DNA of 63,647 nucleotides, the filler included, from Octopus bimaculoides (Eukaryota): NCBI RefSeq assembly GCF_001194135.2. It is 6 parts of 6 records of this genome, joined end to end, with 100 filler letters (N's around TTAATTAATTAA, not from the genome) between each part and the next. Parts side by side here need not be neighbours in the genome. Positions count along the whole stretch, not along the records: positions 26,033 to 36,937 come from NC_068982.1; positions 37,038 to 53,259 come from NC_069006.1; 4 more parts are not named here. One strand, 5' to 3'. The notes beneath the pieces were generated by a model. It was not told the DNA's origin. It saw only the letters and a list, made by a program, of their open reading frames with translations, and made no database searches. The position numbers were made by a program, and so were the translations under genes. How positions within the stretch are numbered: the stretch's first letter is position 1; the number at the start of each line of letters is the position of its first letter. Of the stretch, positions 31,430-43,400 are shown piece after piece.

Positions 31430-33388
31430 GAAAATTTAATAAATGGAAATATAAGATGCAGACTTCTGTAGTCAATGAACTGGAGAGGATTATAGCATGG
31501 TGTGATTTTTTTTTCTCTTTTACTTGTTTCAGGCATTAGACTGCGACCATGCTGGAGCAAAGCCCTGAAGAATCTTTAGTCAAATGATTCGATCCCGATG
31601 CTTTTTGTTTTTTTTAGCCAGCTACATAATCTACTGATCTCTTTAGCTGAACTGCAGTTACAGGAATGTAAACACACCAACAATGGTTGTCAAGCAGTTA
31701 TTGGGAACAGACACACACACACAATGCATGTTGTCTACCAAATCCACTCACAAGGCTGTAGAAGAAGACACTCGCCCAAGGTGCCATGCAATGGGACTGA
31801 ACCTAGAACCATGTGGTTTGGAAGAAAGCTTCTTACCACACAGCCATGCAGTTTGTTGAAACTGAAATAATTACAACACAGAGAAGCCATTTAAATCGTT
31901 CAAAAAGACAAAAAAAAAACGTTTAGCACTAAAACAAAACAAAATAAAATAAATATAACTGTAATAGTAAATGGTACTGCGTCAGTTTCGACGATGAGTA
32001 ACTGGATGTTTGATCAACTGGACTATCTACTCACTGGATTAGTAGCATGTGAGTAGCTGAGTACTCCACAGGCAAGTCACCATTAATGTAGCTCTGAAGT
32101 AGAATCAGGGGGTATTGTGCGTGACAAGGCTATACCTTTTGAATTGCGGGTACAAACCACCCTGACGGCCTTCTAAACAAATTTCCCGTCTACGCAAATA
32201 AAGACGGCCAAGTTAATTATCAATCCAAGGTAAATAACTCTAATAATGTTATTTTGATTAAGGGAAATAACTCCCATGATTCCTTATAACTGTATTGAGC
32301 AGGCAACCAGATATTTATATACCACTGGTCACAATGCGCTTCCAATTCTGTTTTGATATCGCCAGTCTTTCCCTCTTGACCCAAACTGCTTAACCTTTTC
32401 AACCCGGGATTTTTTCTCAAGACGGTAATGGCGGCAGGGCGGCGTTTTACGCATGCCAGCATTTTGCACAAACTCTGATCATACGTCTGGCACTACCAAA
32501 CTTTTCTATCTTTGAAATCTGCTCACAAGTCTGTAATCAGTCCAGGGCTATAAGGGAAATAACTCACCCAAAGTACTACTTGTACGTACAGTAGCACTGC
32601 CCGAGGGTGGGCTGAGCAATCTCCAACTAATAAGTTCACTTTGTCCCTTAGGAATGCTGACTACATCCAACGGTCAGCCACAGTTGAGGCTGTAATGGAT
32701 ACCCATTCCTGGGTCCACTGCCAAAAACTATAGACACAGGGGCCTGATTGTGCTTGCACGTCGGCCAGCCACATCCGCAATTGTCCTCCAGCTCTTTTGT
32801 GCCAACTTGGGAGGGGAGCCAGGCCAACTACCTTGCATATGAATTCCCTTGAAGAAGGGGTCCAAGACACCTGAAGAGCTTGTTGCAAATTTCTTACCTA
32901 CACAGTCATGTCTGCATTCATAAAATCGTTGAATTTAAAATTAAAAAAGGTGAGGAGACCTATTGAGACAAGAACATCAACATCAACAGCAATATCAAAA
33001 TCAAATCAAATGGAAATTGTAATTGAGACCGCTGTGCCGGTAGCACATAAAAAGCACCATCTCAACATAGCCGATGCCAGTGCCGCTTTGACTGGTTTCT
33101 GTGCCGATGGCACGTAAAAAGCACCATCAAACTGTAGTCGATGCCAGTTCCTCTGGCTCCTGAGCCAATGGCACGTAAAAAGCACCCACTACACTCTCAG
33201 AGTGGTTGGTGTTAGGAAGGGCATCCAGCTGTAGAAACACTGCCAGATCAGATTGGGGCCTGATGCAGCCTTCTGGCTCACCAGACCCCAGTCGAACCGT
33301 CCAAACCATGCCAGCATGGAAAACGGACGTTGAACGATGATAATGATGAAGAAGAAAAAAAAGGGGAAAAAACACAAGCACTACTTAC

Positions 33389-33460
33389 TTCAGGTTCCAC
33401 AATGTGTTGAAGCTCATCGAAATCTCCTTCTGCCAAACAGTTAGAAACATAATTAATGGC
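33389..33460 (-). CDS. MAIP1: Internal coding exon (72 nt, phase 0/0) of m-AAA protease-interacting protein 1-like gene
   Basis: Acceptor ttttaattgcag, donor gtaagt. Translates AINYVSNCLAEGDFDELQHIVEPE, resembling the vertebrate MAIP1 segment AFAHVSKLLSQCKFDLLEELVAKE (recalled, not searched). Confidence 0.8.
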
Positions 33461-33581
33461 CTGCAATTAAAAGAATTAGAAAATTGAATTCTTTATTTAT
33501 GTCCCATCATCTTGGTTTTATGGAAATTGGATGATTACAAAAAAACAAGGGGGGGGTTGTTTTAAGATTTTTGTATCCAGT

Positions 33582-33880
33582 TTAACCCTTTTGATACCAA
33601 CCTCTCCAAGACTGCCCCTGACTGTATGATACAAATTTCCCATTTTTAACTCATTAGCATTTACACCAACCACATCAGGCCCAAATATTCTGCCTATTTT
33701 ATGCCCAAACTGGCCAGATCCAGCCTCTCACACTTACCTGACAATGTCATTCTAAAAATAAAGAACCACATCATCAAAATCTCAAAGCACTGTGATAATG
33801 TATAAATTCAAATTAATTCAAAACAATCTGAATAAATAAGCATTATATTTGACAGAAAAATCTGGATACCAAATGGCTAA
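33582..33880. mobile_element. piggyBac-like MITE (related copies 39038-39469 and 51060-51220)
   Basis: TTAA-CCCTTTTGATACC left end and a degenerate right end. The copies share the internal CCTCTCACAC..ACAATGTCAT motif. Confidence 0.55.
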
Positions 33881-34119
33881 AGTGATATAAAAGAAATATT
33901 GCNNNNNNNNNNNNNNNNNNNNNNNNNNNNNNNNNNNNNNNNNNNNNNNNNNNNNNNNNNNNNNNNNNNNNNNNNNNNNNNNNNNNNNNNNNNNNNNNNN
34001 NNNNNNNNNNNNNNNNNNNNNNNNNNNNNNNNNNNNNNNNNNNNNNNNNNNNNNNNNNNNNNNNNNNNNNNNNNNNNNNNNNNNNNNNNNNNNNNNNNNN
34101 NNNNNNNNNNNNNNNNNNG

Positions 34120-34525
34120 CCTGATTGGCAGTCGTGCCAGTGGAACGTTAAAAGCACCATCCAAGCATGATCATTGCCAGTGCCGCTGGACTGGCTCCTG
34201 TGCAGGTGGCACGAAAAACAAAGAGAGCACCATTCGAGCGTGGTCATTGCCAGTGCCGCTGGACTGGCTCCTGTGCAGGTGGCACATAAAAACCACCTTT
34301 TGAGCGTGATTGTTGCCAGAACCACCTGACTGGCCCTCGTGCTGGTGGCACGTAAAAGCACCCACTACACTCTCAGAGTGGTCGGCGTTAGGAAGGGCAT
34401 CCAGCTGTAGAAACCTTGCCAGGTCAGATTGGAGCCTGGTGCAGCCTCCTGGCTCACCAGTCCTCAGTCAAACTGTCCAACCCATGCCAGCATGGAAAAC
34501 GGACGTTAAACAGTGATAATGATGC
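34120..34525 (+). mobile_element. SINE-like family C with (GAT)n tail and internal ~65 bp tandem units (other copies approx. 27663-28130-, 28815-29103-, 33030-33345+, 50790-50975+, 52065-52262-, 53055-53259-, 53885-54100+)
   Basis: Shared GGCGTTAGGAAGGGCATCCAGCTGTAGAAAC...AACCCATGCCAGCATGGAAAACGGACGTTAAAC(GAT)n. Confidence 0.85.
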
Positions 34526-35050
34526 TTGGTGGTTTATGAAAGAATTTTTGTCTCTTTTTAGCAATTAGATAATTTTGAAAACTCCAACAAAAATCAGAAT
34601 AACAATGATTAATGATAATCTTTCGAGTATTGGGATAAGGCTAGTAACTTCGAAGGGAGGGTACAAACCAGTTACATCAACTCCCACTGCTTAACTGGTG
34701 CTTATTTTATCAATCCCAACCGGATGAAAGCAACGGCAACCATGACAGAATTTGAACTCGGAATGTAATTATGGGAAAAATATTGCAAAGCGTTTTTTCA
34801 TGCCAGCTCACCACTATAATAATAATGATTATTATAATAATAATAATGATGATGATGATGATGATGATGATAATGATGATGATTGTAATAATAATAATAA
34901 TAATGATTATAATAATAATGATTATAATAATGATGATTATAATAATAATTATAATAATAATGATGATTATAATAATAATAATAATAATAATGATGATTAT
35001 AATAATAATAATAATAATAATGATGATTATAATAATAATAATAATAATCA

Positions 35051-35600
35051 GCTGAATGCAAGAAACTGGATCGAAGTGATCAATGCTTTAGCCATACCAG
35101 TCATGACTTACAGTTTCAATATTACTAACTGGTCAATTACTGAAACATGTAATCTCGACAGAAAAATACGAAAACTATTGACAATGCATAGAATGCACCA
35201 CCCTAAGGCAGATATAGAATGATTTTACCTGCCAAGAAAAGAAGGTGATTGTAGACTTTTACAACTGGAATTAACAATGGAAATTGCTATGATTGGCCTA
35301 GACACCTAGCTGAAAAACTGTTATGATTGGATGTTAAAACTTGTCTCAAAACTTGGAAACAAGAAAGCATCTTACTCAGTGACAAAACAGGCAAAGGAAT
35401 ATCTGAGTGAATTCCAAATACAACAAACTCCAGAATTAGACATACAAGAAACAAGTGCAGAAAAAGCTAAGCGCATGAAAATCTGTGCTAAAACTGCTGC
35501 CTTAGATATTCTGACTGATAAATGGCAAGAAAAACCTCTCAGTGGCAAATACCCAAAGAGAGCGAATAATGCCAGTTGACAAAGCCCTTATCCATCAATG
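35051..35600 (+). mobile_element. R4/Dong-like RT C-terminal region, 5'-truncated, following a TAA/TGA compound tract
   Basis: QLNARNWIEVINALAIPVMTYSFNITNWSITETCNLDRKIRKLLTMHRMHHPKADIE*FYLPRKEG...DKWQEKPLSGKYPKR. Confidence 0.85.
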
Positions 35601-36004
35601 GCTAATGGCCTCTGGATGATCATTAGTTCACAACAAAGCTCAACTCTCACTTATGACTCCAAGCAGCTGGTTGTGCAAGCCGGCGATCATGCCCTGGGAC
35701 CTCCACTCGACAGTGGTGCTAAATTAAGTGAGGGGCAACAGCAGTTAGACTGCTGTTGTGGCTGTGAGGAGTCAGGCTGGGAGCGAAAAGTTTGTTACTT
35801 ATTTCTTTATTACCCACAAGGGGCTACACACAGAGGGGACAAACAAGGACAGACAAACGAATTAAGTCAATTATATCGACCCCAGTACGTAACTAGTACT
35901 TATTTAATCGACCTCGAAAGGATGAAAGGCAAAGTCGGTGGTTTTTGAACTTAGGACGTAGCGGCAGACGAAATACCACAAAGCATTTCACCCGGCATGC
36001 TACT

Positions 36005-36600
36005 CGCTCCCAGGCAACTGTGGGCAACTTAACCAAGGAAAACCTCAACCTGAGCCCCACCGATGCAAGCCATACTACATGCAAACACCCTAGAACTAAA
36101 TGGAATCAGGAAGAGTATAAACTAGTAATGGAAGCATACTACATGGCGGTAGTCACACCATCAGAAGATAACACAACAAAAAGGACTTATCAATTATGGA
36201 GACAACAAAATCCAACTTCAAGGTTAAATATGGATCTCAACAAGTTAGGGAATGTCCGAAGAGATATCATTAAAACCAGGAGGCTCTGAGCTGGGAGAAA
36301 GAAAAGAAAAAGTCAACAGATCTTACCGTATAACACCAAATACAAATGAAATAGAAATAGGGACTACAGAAAACCAAGAAGAGGATGTATTTGAGGAGCC
36401 CTCTGTGGATAATGAAATAGAAGAACCTGTAAAACAACAAATAGTGATATGGATAGGGAGAAATATTTGGAACTAAAAGAAATACAGAGTAAATTGGAAC
36501 AGGTAAAAGTACAAGACAAAGCACAGACAGAGAGCTCCTACCAAAAGTCAGTATGGATAAGAACCTGAAGGGAGCCAAAAGGGATCGAATTGAAAAGATC
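36005..36600 (+). mobile_element. R4/Dong-like ORF N-terminal region
   Basis: RTKWNQEEYKLVMEAYYMAVVTPSEDNTTKRTYQLWRQQNPTSRLNMDLNKLGNVRRDIIKTRRL resembles the N-terminal domain of these elements. Confidence 0.6.
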
Positions 36601-36897
36601 CTAAAAAAAGAAGAAAAAAGAATAAAGAAAAGGGAATATATGCACACACACACACACATGTGAGAACATAGGTGCAGAACGAGAAGAAACAGTTCTCGAA
36701 TACCACAAAGTAAAATATAGTATAATAATTAATAGTGACTGAGGCAGTGTGAACACTCTAAAGGATAGGTTCTCAAAGTGGGTGCCACCGCCCACAGGTG
36801 GGCACTGGTACCTAAGGGAACGGTAGACAAAAAGGAGGCGTTGGGAGGGAGGCAGTGGATTGGGGGACGCTATGAATTTATTATGATATTATTACAG

Positions 36898-36937
<40 letters not shown>

Positions 36938-37037
36938 NNNNNNNNNNNNNNNNNNNNNNNNNNNNNNNNNNNNNNNNNNNNTTAATTAATTAANNNNNNN
37001 NNNNNNNNNNNNNNNNNNNNNNNNNNNNNNNNNNNNN

Positions 37038-37079
<42 letters not shown>

Positions 37080-37920
37080 TCGCAGCCAGATGCACACATA
37101 CACATAAATATGCACACACACTTATATTCCCCACACTCATACACTTAATTATATGCATAACACACACACACACACTTATATCTCCCCACACTCGTACACA
37201 TAATTATACACAACACACAGACAGACTGACACACACAAACATAGACAGACAGACAGATACAGAAACGTAGACAGACAGACACACACACACACTTTTATCC
37301 CCACACTTGTACACATAATTATACACATAACAGACACGATGCATACACACACACACACAGATACACATGCACACACACATACAGATACACATGCACACAC
37401 ACATACACTTATATTTCCAACACCCGTATGCATAAACGTGCACACACACACGCACACACTCTTCCCCCCACCCCCTGCTCTATTACCAACACATACTCGT
37501 CACCCCAAAACCAACCAATACATCTAAAGGATAATGATCCAGTGAAGAGTTCTCCATGTTAGATAACATAGCTAAATCTCCCACATGTAATACAGTGGAT
37601 TAAAAATCTTGGATTATATGAGATTATCCAAACAACCATTAGGCAAAAACTCCCTCTATGGAATGAACTGTGTTAATATTGGTTTCAAATTTTAGCATAA
37701 GGTCAGCAATTTGAGGGGAGGGGCATAAGTCTATTGCATTGACCTCCAGTGCTCAACTGGAACTTATTTTATCGACCCCCCCGAAAGGATGAAAAGTAAA
37801 GTTGACCTCAGTGGGATTTGAACTCAGAACGTAAAGACAGACAAAATACTGCTAAGCATTTTGTCCGGTATGCTAATAATTCTGCCAGTTTACCACCTTA
37901 ATAAAAATGATAATAATAAT

Positions 37921-38200
37921 ATAGCTCAGAAACCAGGAAACCCCAAAATGGCTGAAGTTCAAAAGATAGTGCTCATGGAAACTGCCCATATCCTACGTAA
38001 AACACTGTCTATGTAATCTCAAATTTTAAAACAAACACATAATTTTCTTATGGTTTCTTAAACATTCTCTAGAACAACACTCGAAATATATGGTACCCTA
38101 GGCATAACACCTACATGAACTTCTAACTTGTTGTCTCTTGAGGTCTCTGGGTGAGACTTGGATCCAACTTGTACAAATGCAAAGCAAAAGTCAAACATAA

Positions 38201-38245
<45 letters not shown>
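37921..38245 (+). mobile_element. R4/Dong-like 3' end with UTR and (TAA)n tail
   Basis: IAQKPGNPKMAEVQKIVLMETAHILRKTLSM-stop, then a 3' UTR and (TAA)n. Also preceded by TAA repeats. Confidence 0.85.
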
Positions 38246-40256
38246 TCATTCTTTTATTAGCCACAAGGGCTCACATACAGTAACATTAAAGGACATGCAA
38301 CAACATAAAAGACAAAAACGGGATGCTACAATGGGTTTTCTGCATGTAAACAATATAAATAAAACTCCCAATAGGGCAGGTGCTTTAAGGTCCTTGTGGA
38401 AAACCCCACAAAAGCCATGGGTGCCTGATCAACTGGGCATGAGTCCTCTTCTTTAATTTTTTCACAGGGCCTGAAATTTTGTGGGAGGGGACTAGTCGAT
38501 TACATCGACCCCAGTGTTTCACTGGTACTTCATTTTATGGACCCCGAAAGGATGAAAGGCAAAGTCGACCTTAGTGGAATTTGAACTCAGACCCTAAAGA
38601 CAGATGAATTGCTGCTAAGGTTTCTGCCAGCTTGACATCTTAACCGAGTTAATACTATTACAGGCTTTGTCTTTTGGGGTCGATAAAATAAGTCCCAGTG
38701 GAGGACTGAAGTGGATTTAATCAACTCAGCCCCATCCCCGAAATTGCTGGCCTTGTGCTAAAATTTGAACCCTATTTACAGGCTCCTAGGCAATGTAATG
38801 CCCTGGGGGTCTGTAATATTTAGTTATTGATCGTAAACCACAGTATACATAGGTTAGCATTAGCTCCTTAGACACATGGCGGCCCTTGGACAACCCTTTC
38901 CTCACCCTACATATGTCGATCCCTTAGCAAAAGTAAAGAATACGTACACCTGGTGTTTAGGGTTTAGGGTTAGGGGTTAGGATTTTTGTTATGCCAAAAA
39001 TGGGTGGTGTATGTATTTTTTTACCTCCGCTGATCCCTTAACCCCTAGCATTCAAATTAATCATCACCAGCATCTCTGGAGTCCAGTGACGTTTTGGCTG
39101 CTCTTAGACACTTCCTCTTCTTCTCCTTCTCAATGCTAACACTACATACATACATACACACTAATGCAAACATGTACACACACACACTATCTGCATACAC
39201 GCACGCAGACACTTTCACTCCTTTCACCGCCACTCTCACAGCGGACCCACTCCTTCTAAGTCCATGTTGCACAAGCCATGCTTGCCTATCAAAGGTAATG
39301 CTTACATTGTTTTGAATTATCTTGTAGCTTTGTTATTTCAATGATGTGATTGTTTATTATTAGAATGACATTATCGGGTTAGTGCGAGAGGCCTGATCCG
39401 ATCAGTTTGGACATAAAACAGGCTGGATTTTTGAGCCAGATATAGCTGGTTTAAATGGTAAAGGGTTTAGGCATCATTGTTTTTTGGCCTTCAAAAAGCT
39501 CAAAACGAACAAAGGAGATAATTCGTGATTGAAATGGTAAATATAGAAAATGCTATGTGTGAAGGGGTGTCAGGTCTTTAAAAGCTGATTGGTAAAAGCA
39601 CTAAACATCTTTTTGGTTTTATTAGACCCCCCCCCATTCCTCAGGATAGCTTATTCTCCTCAGCTATCCACCCAAACATCTTCATTGGTTCTTCCTGGGT
39701 CACAGGGTTCGTGTCCCTCTGGCATCTTCTCCATAAGGTTCTACCAGAAACAACCGTCATTACATTTTCCGGCTGGACTCCCAAATTCCCAGACGCAATC
39801 AACTGAGACAATGGATATTATCTGACCATCTAATTCTTGGTTTATTCACTAGGTCTCCTGCTGGTTGACTTTGGCTTGAAGAATCCGTTTTGCGATTCTT
39901 TCTTTCATAACTGGTGTTGCTCATTTCCTTTATTCTTATTCATATATTTTTGGTTTCTTATTCTTGACAACTGATTTTAAATGTTTTCGCTGAAAAGGTC
40001 TCATAAGACTGAAACGTGTCCGTTTATTGACTTTAAAACACCATAACTAATACTGTTCCATTACTGCATTTTCTATATTTTCTGAAAATTTCAATTGCTA
40101 TTATTGAAGTTGTCTCCCTTGCTTGTTCTGTTTTTTAAAAATTTTTTTTTTAGAATTTGCTCCTGGCTCCTCCAAAGGGAGTTTTTGTCTATCTGTTGCA
40201 TAGATAATGTTAGTGAACTGAAATTTTTTTTTCCAATACATACATGAGACCCTGCA

Positions 40257-40403
40257 CAAGACATGGGTAACCTTTTTTCAAGAAGTGGGCCACATGAGAC
40301 ATGGTTCATCACGAGACGAGTCGCACTTGTGAAAAAAAAAAAAAAAATGAATGTAATTTTTTTTATTCAGAAAGTCTCGCGGGCCGCAAGTTGCCCATGG
40401 CTG
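40257..40403. mobile_element. hAT-like MITE (related pieces 41490-41656, 36765-36860, 61425-61515)
   Basis: Ends CAAGACATGGGTAACC and GTTGCCCATGGCTG with a GCGGGCCGC subterminal motif. Confidence 0.55.
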
Positions 40404-43400
40404 CTGCCCTTACAACATTTCTAGCCCTAATAACTTGTTGCTTACAGGAAACTGACTGACTCGCACTCTTTTTGCTTATACTCCCAGACACGCGTATTAA
40501 CCCGTCACCCTTACCTGCACCGTATTACCGTCTCCCTGTCTGTCCTTAATCCTTTCATACGGCCATATATACACATCCCAACCATTTATTACCATCACCG
40601 CCATCTCTGTAGTCCAGTGATATGTCGGCTGCTGTCAGGCACTCTCGCTTCTCCTCCTCCTCCATCTAACTGCTAACACTACACACATACACACACACAC
40701 ACTCTACATATACGTGCACAGACACTTTCACTCCTCTCACCGGCACTCTCGCAGTGGACCCACTCCTACTTCCACCCCCGCCATGCTGCCACGAGCCATG
40801 CCTTTCCCTCTCTTTCCTTTCTCCCTTTTCACCTTCTTTGTTACACTTGCACTTCACTCCTCCACTCCTACCCCACCGCCCACCACCGTGATTCCATTGC
40901 AAACCATTCTCCCTCTGTCTCTCTCTCCCTCTCACACTGTCTATCTTTTTCCCACTACGCATACACACACTCTCTCTTTCTTTCTCTCTCTCTTCTACCA
41001 CGCGCGCACGCATGCAATCTCTCTCCCTTTCTCACTCACGCACACTCTCTCACTCTCCCCATCCCCACCTGCTTGATTCTACTGCAACCCATTCTCCCTC
41101 TCTATGTTTTTATTCCTCTCCTCCTCCTCTCCCTCTTCCGCACAACATACACTCTCGTTCTCCATCTCCATCTTTACCTTTCACTCTCTCTCTCCTTATC
41201 TATCACACTTCCTCCCCACCATCGCCATCACCACTGTTACTGTCATGAACCCCCTCCCACCTCCATCCTCATCACCTTCTCTGTCATTAATCTCCACATG
41301 TACCATGATGGGAGATCGAAGTTTTTCTGCTGCGCTGGGTATAACGTCAATATGAAGGCAAGTACTGGTCTCCACCACCACCACCACCACCATTATTATT
41401 ATTGTTATTATCTTTCGTCATTGTTGTTAACGTATCTGTGTCCGTTTTAGGCGTAGGCCGCGCTGGAGCATCGCCTTTTTGTATGTTTGTGTGTGGGCCA
41501 CCTTTTTTGTGAAACGGGCCACATTAAGAAGACATGGGGCTTCATATCGGGCGCACCACACTCCTAACCCCCAAAATGGATATAAAAATGAAAATAAAAT
41601 TTCCCTTCGGTGTATCATTCAGTAAGTCCCGCGGGCCGCACATTTCCCCACGGCTGGTTTTGTATTATTTATTCTCCGGTGCGCGGGGTTAGTGTGTATG
41701 TTAGCTCTGTTTCGATGCCGAGTACTACTTTGTCCTTTGGCTAATTTTGTGTGACATTCTTATTAAGAATATAAACAGACGTTAGGGGTCTCTTATAATA
41801 TTGGGAGAAGGTTTGAAGAAAAAGGAAACAGTTTTTTTAATAGTCGACGAGTATAGAAAGGTTTGTTTGAGGTGTTTACACCAAGCAGTTCAACTTCATC
41901 GGTGTTGTGATACCAGTAATTATCACCGTCATAACCCACTGGCTATCGTCCTTGTTCCGTGCTTTTGTAACAATTATCTTCGTTGTCAATTTCGTTTTGT
42001 TTAGCCCCGAAGTCGGCCCAGATTGAGTATCCCTTTTATGATGAAAGGGATTCCATTCCAGCCTTTACCATCTCGCCTCTCTTTCTCTCTCTCTCTGTAT
42101 AATATACCTTGGTGCACATTATTCAACGTTTTTCATTTTAAAATATAAGTAGAGTGTGATTCCATGGATATTTGGCTGCTATATCTAGCAACCTCATTGA
42201 CTCGAGCAGACAAATTGCTAGCGGTTGTTTTTTTAGCCCCAGGTTAGCTCTGAATAGGTTGACTTATGATGAAAGGGCTCCTCTTCTGATCATGACCATC
42301 CGGTCTCTATCTCATTTTTTTGGGGTCCATATTATCCAATGTATCCCTTTTTATTGCTTTTATCAAACGGTAGGGCGTGATTTTGAGATAGATTTGGCTG
42401 CTATTTCCAGCAAGTCTAACAACCTCATTGACTCCGGACTCGACATCATCGTTTGTTGTTTAATCCAAATTCCGTCTCATTGAGAGCGCTCTATCCATGA
42501 CTATCCCATCTTTTTTTGTCTCTCTCTCTCTATATATATATATAGAAAACTAGTGTGGGGAAGAATTTTGGAACAGTCGTCACTAACCCATAGAGAAATT
42601 GAAGGGTTTTGCCCCCCCCCCCAAATCACCACTTCATTTAAAAATATTCCTGTCTTTTATACAAGGAAAATTATGATTCCGAAAGAATATTTTTGAACCC
42701 CAAATGTGTCCATTTAAAAAATATTTTTGTCGTCTTCTTTTATTTCTGCACCCTTTTCTTTCTCCCGATGAGGTAGGGCTAGCTTTTCGAAAACCCCGCC
42801 CGATGTGGAATTGCTTTTTCAAAAGGGTTAGGGTATGATTTGGTTGTTATTTCTAGCAGACTGAACGATCACGTAGAGGCTTTATCATTAGATGTAATCG
42901 ACACAAATCTGTCAAGGAGTTGTAATTTTTGTTTAGAAGTAGTTGTTGTAATTAGTATTGCATTGTTTTAATTACCGTGTTGTTATTTTTGCCATCATTT
43001 GTTGCTGTTTAACCTCCAGTTTGACAAGCAAACCAATAATAATAATAATTAATTATTATTTTGTTAGGTAAATGTATATAATGCCTCACATTCTTCTGTG
43101 TGTTCCCTTTTAAAAACAGTAGGGTATAATTCGACTGTTATTTCTAGCCATTGTGACGACCGTCTAGAGGCTTCCACTTCCTCTTCGTTTGTTGTAAATA
43201 TTATTCACCAAAACTCTTTCCTCGCCCTCTTTCCCTTCTGTTTATCTTGATAATTACATGTGATGATCAAATTTATTTCGTTTACATTTTGCTGTGTGTG
43301 TGTGTGTTTAGTGAATGAGAAGTAATTAACTAAATGTACTTTATCGACTTAATTATGGCCAATTAAATTACGCTGTCTTGAATTTTATTCAGCATAAAAT

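Noticed and set aside
38956-38981. TTTAGGGTTTAGGGTTAGGGGTTAGG as an interstitial telomere or target of a telomere-associated retroelement
   Set aside because: Only four degenerate units with no adjoining retroelement end.
39989-40022. CTGAAAA-GGTCT(cata)AGACT-GAAACGT as a functional hammerhead
   Set aside because: G8 is mutated and stem I is only 2 bp; at most a relic.
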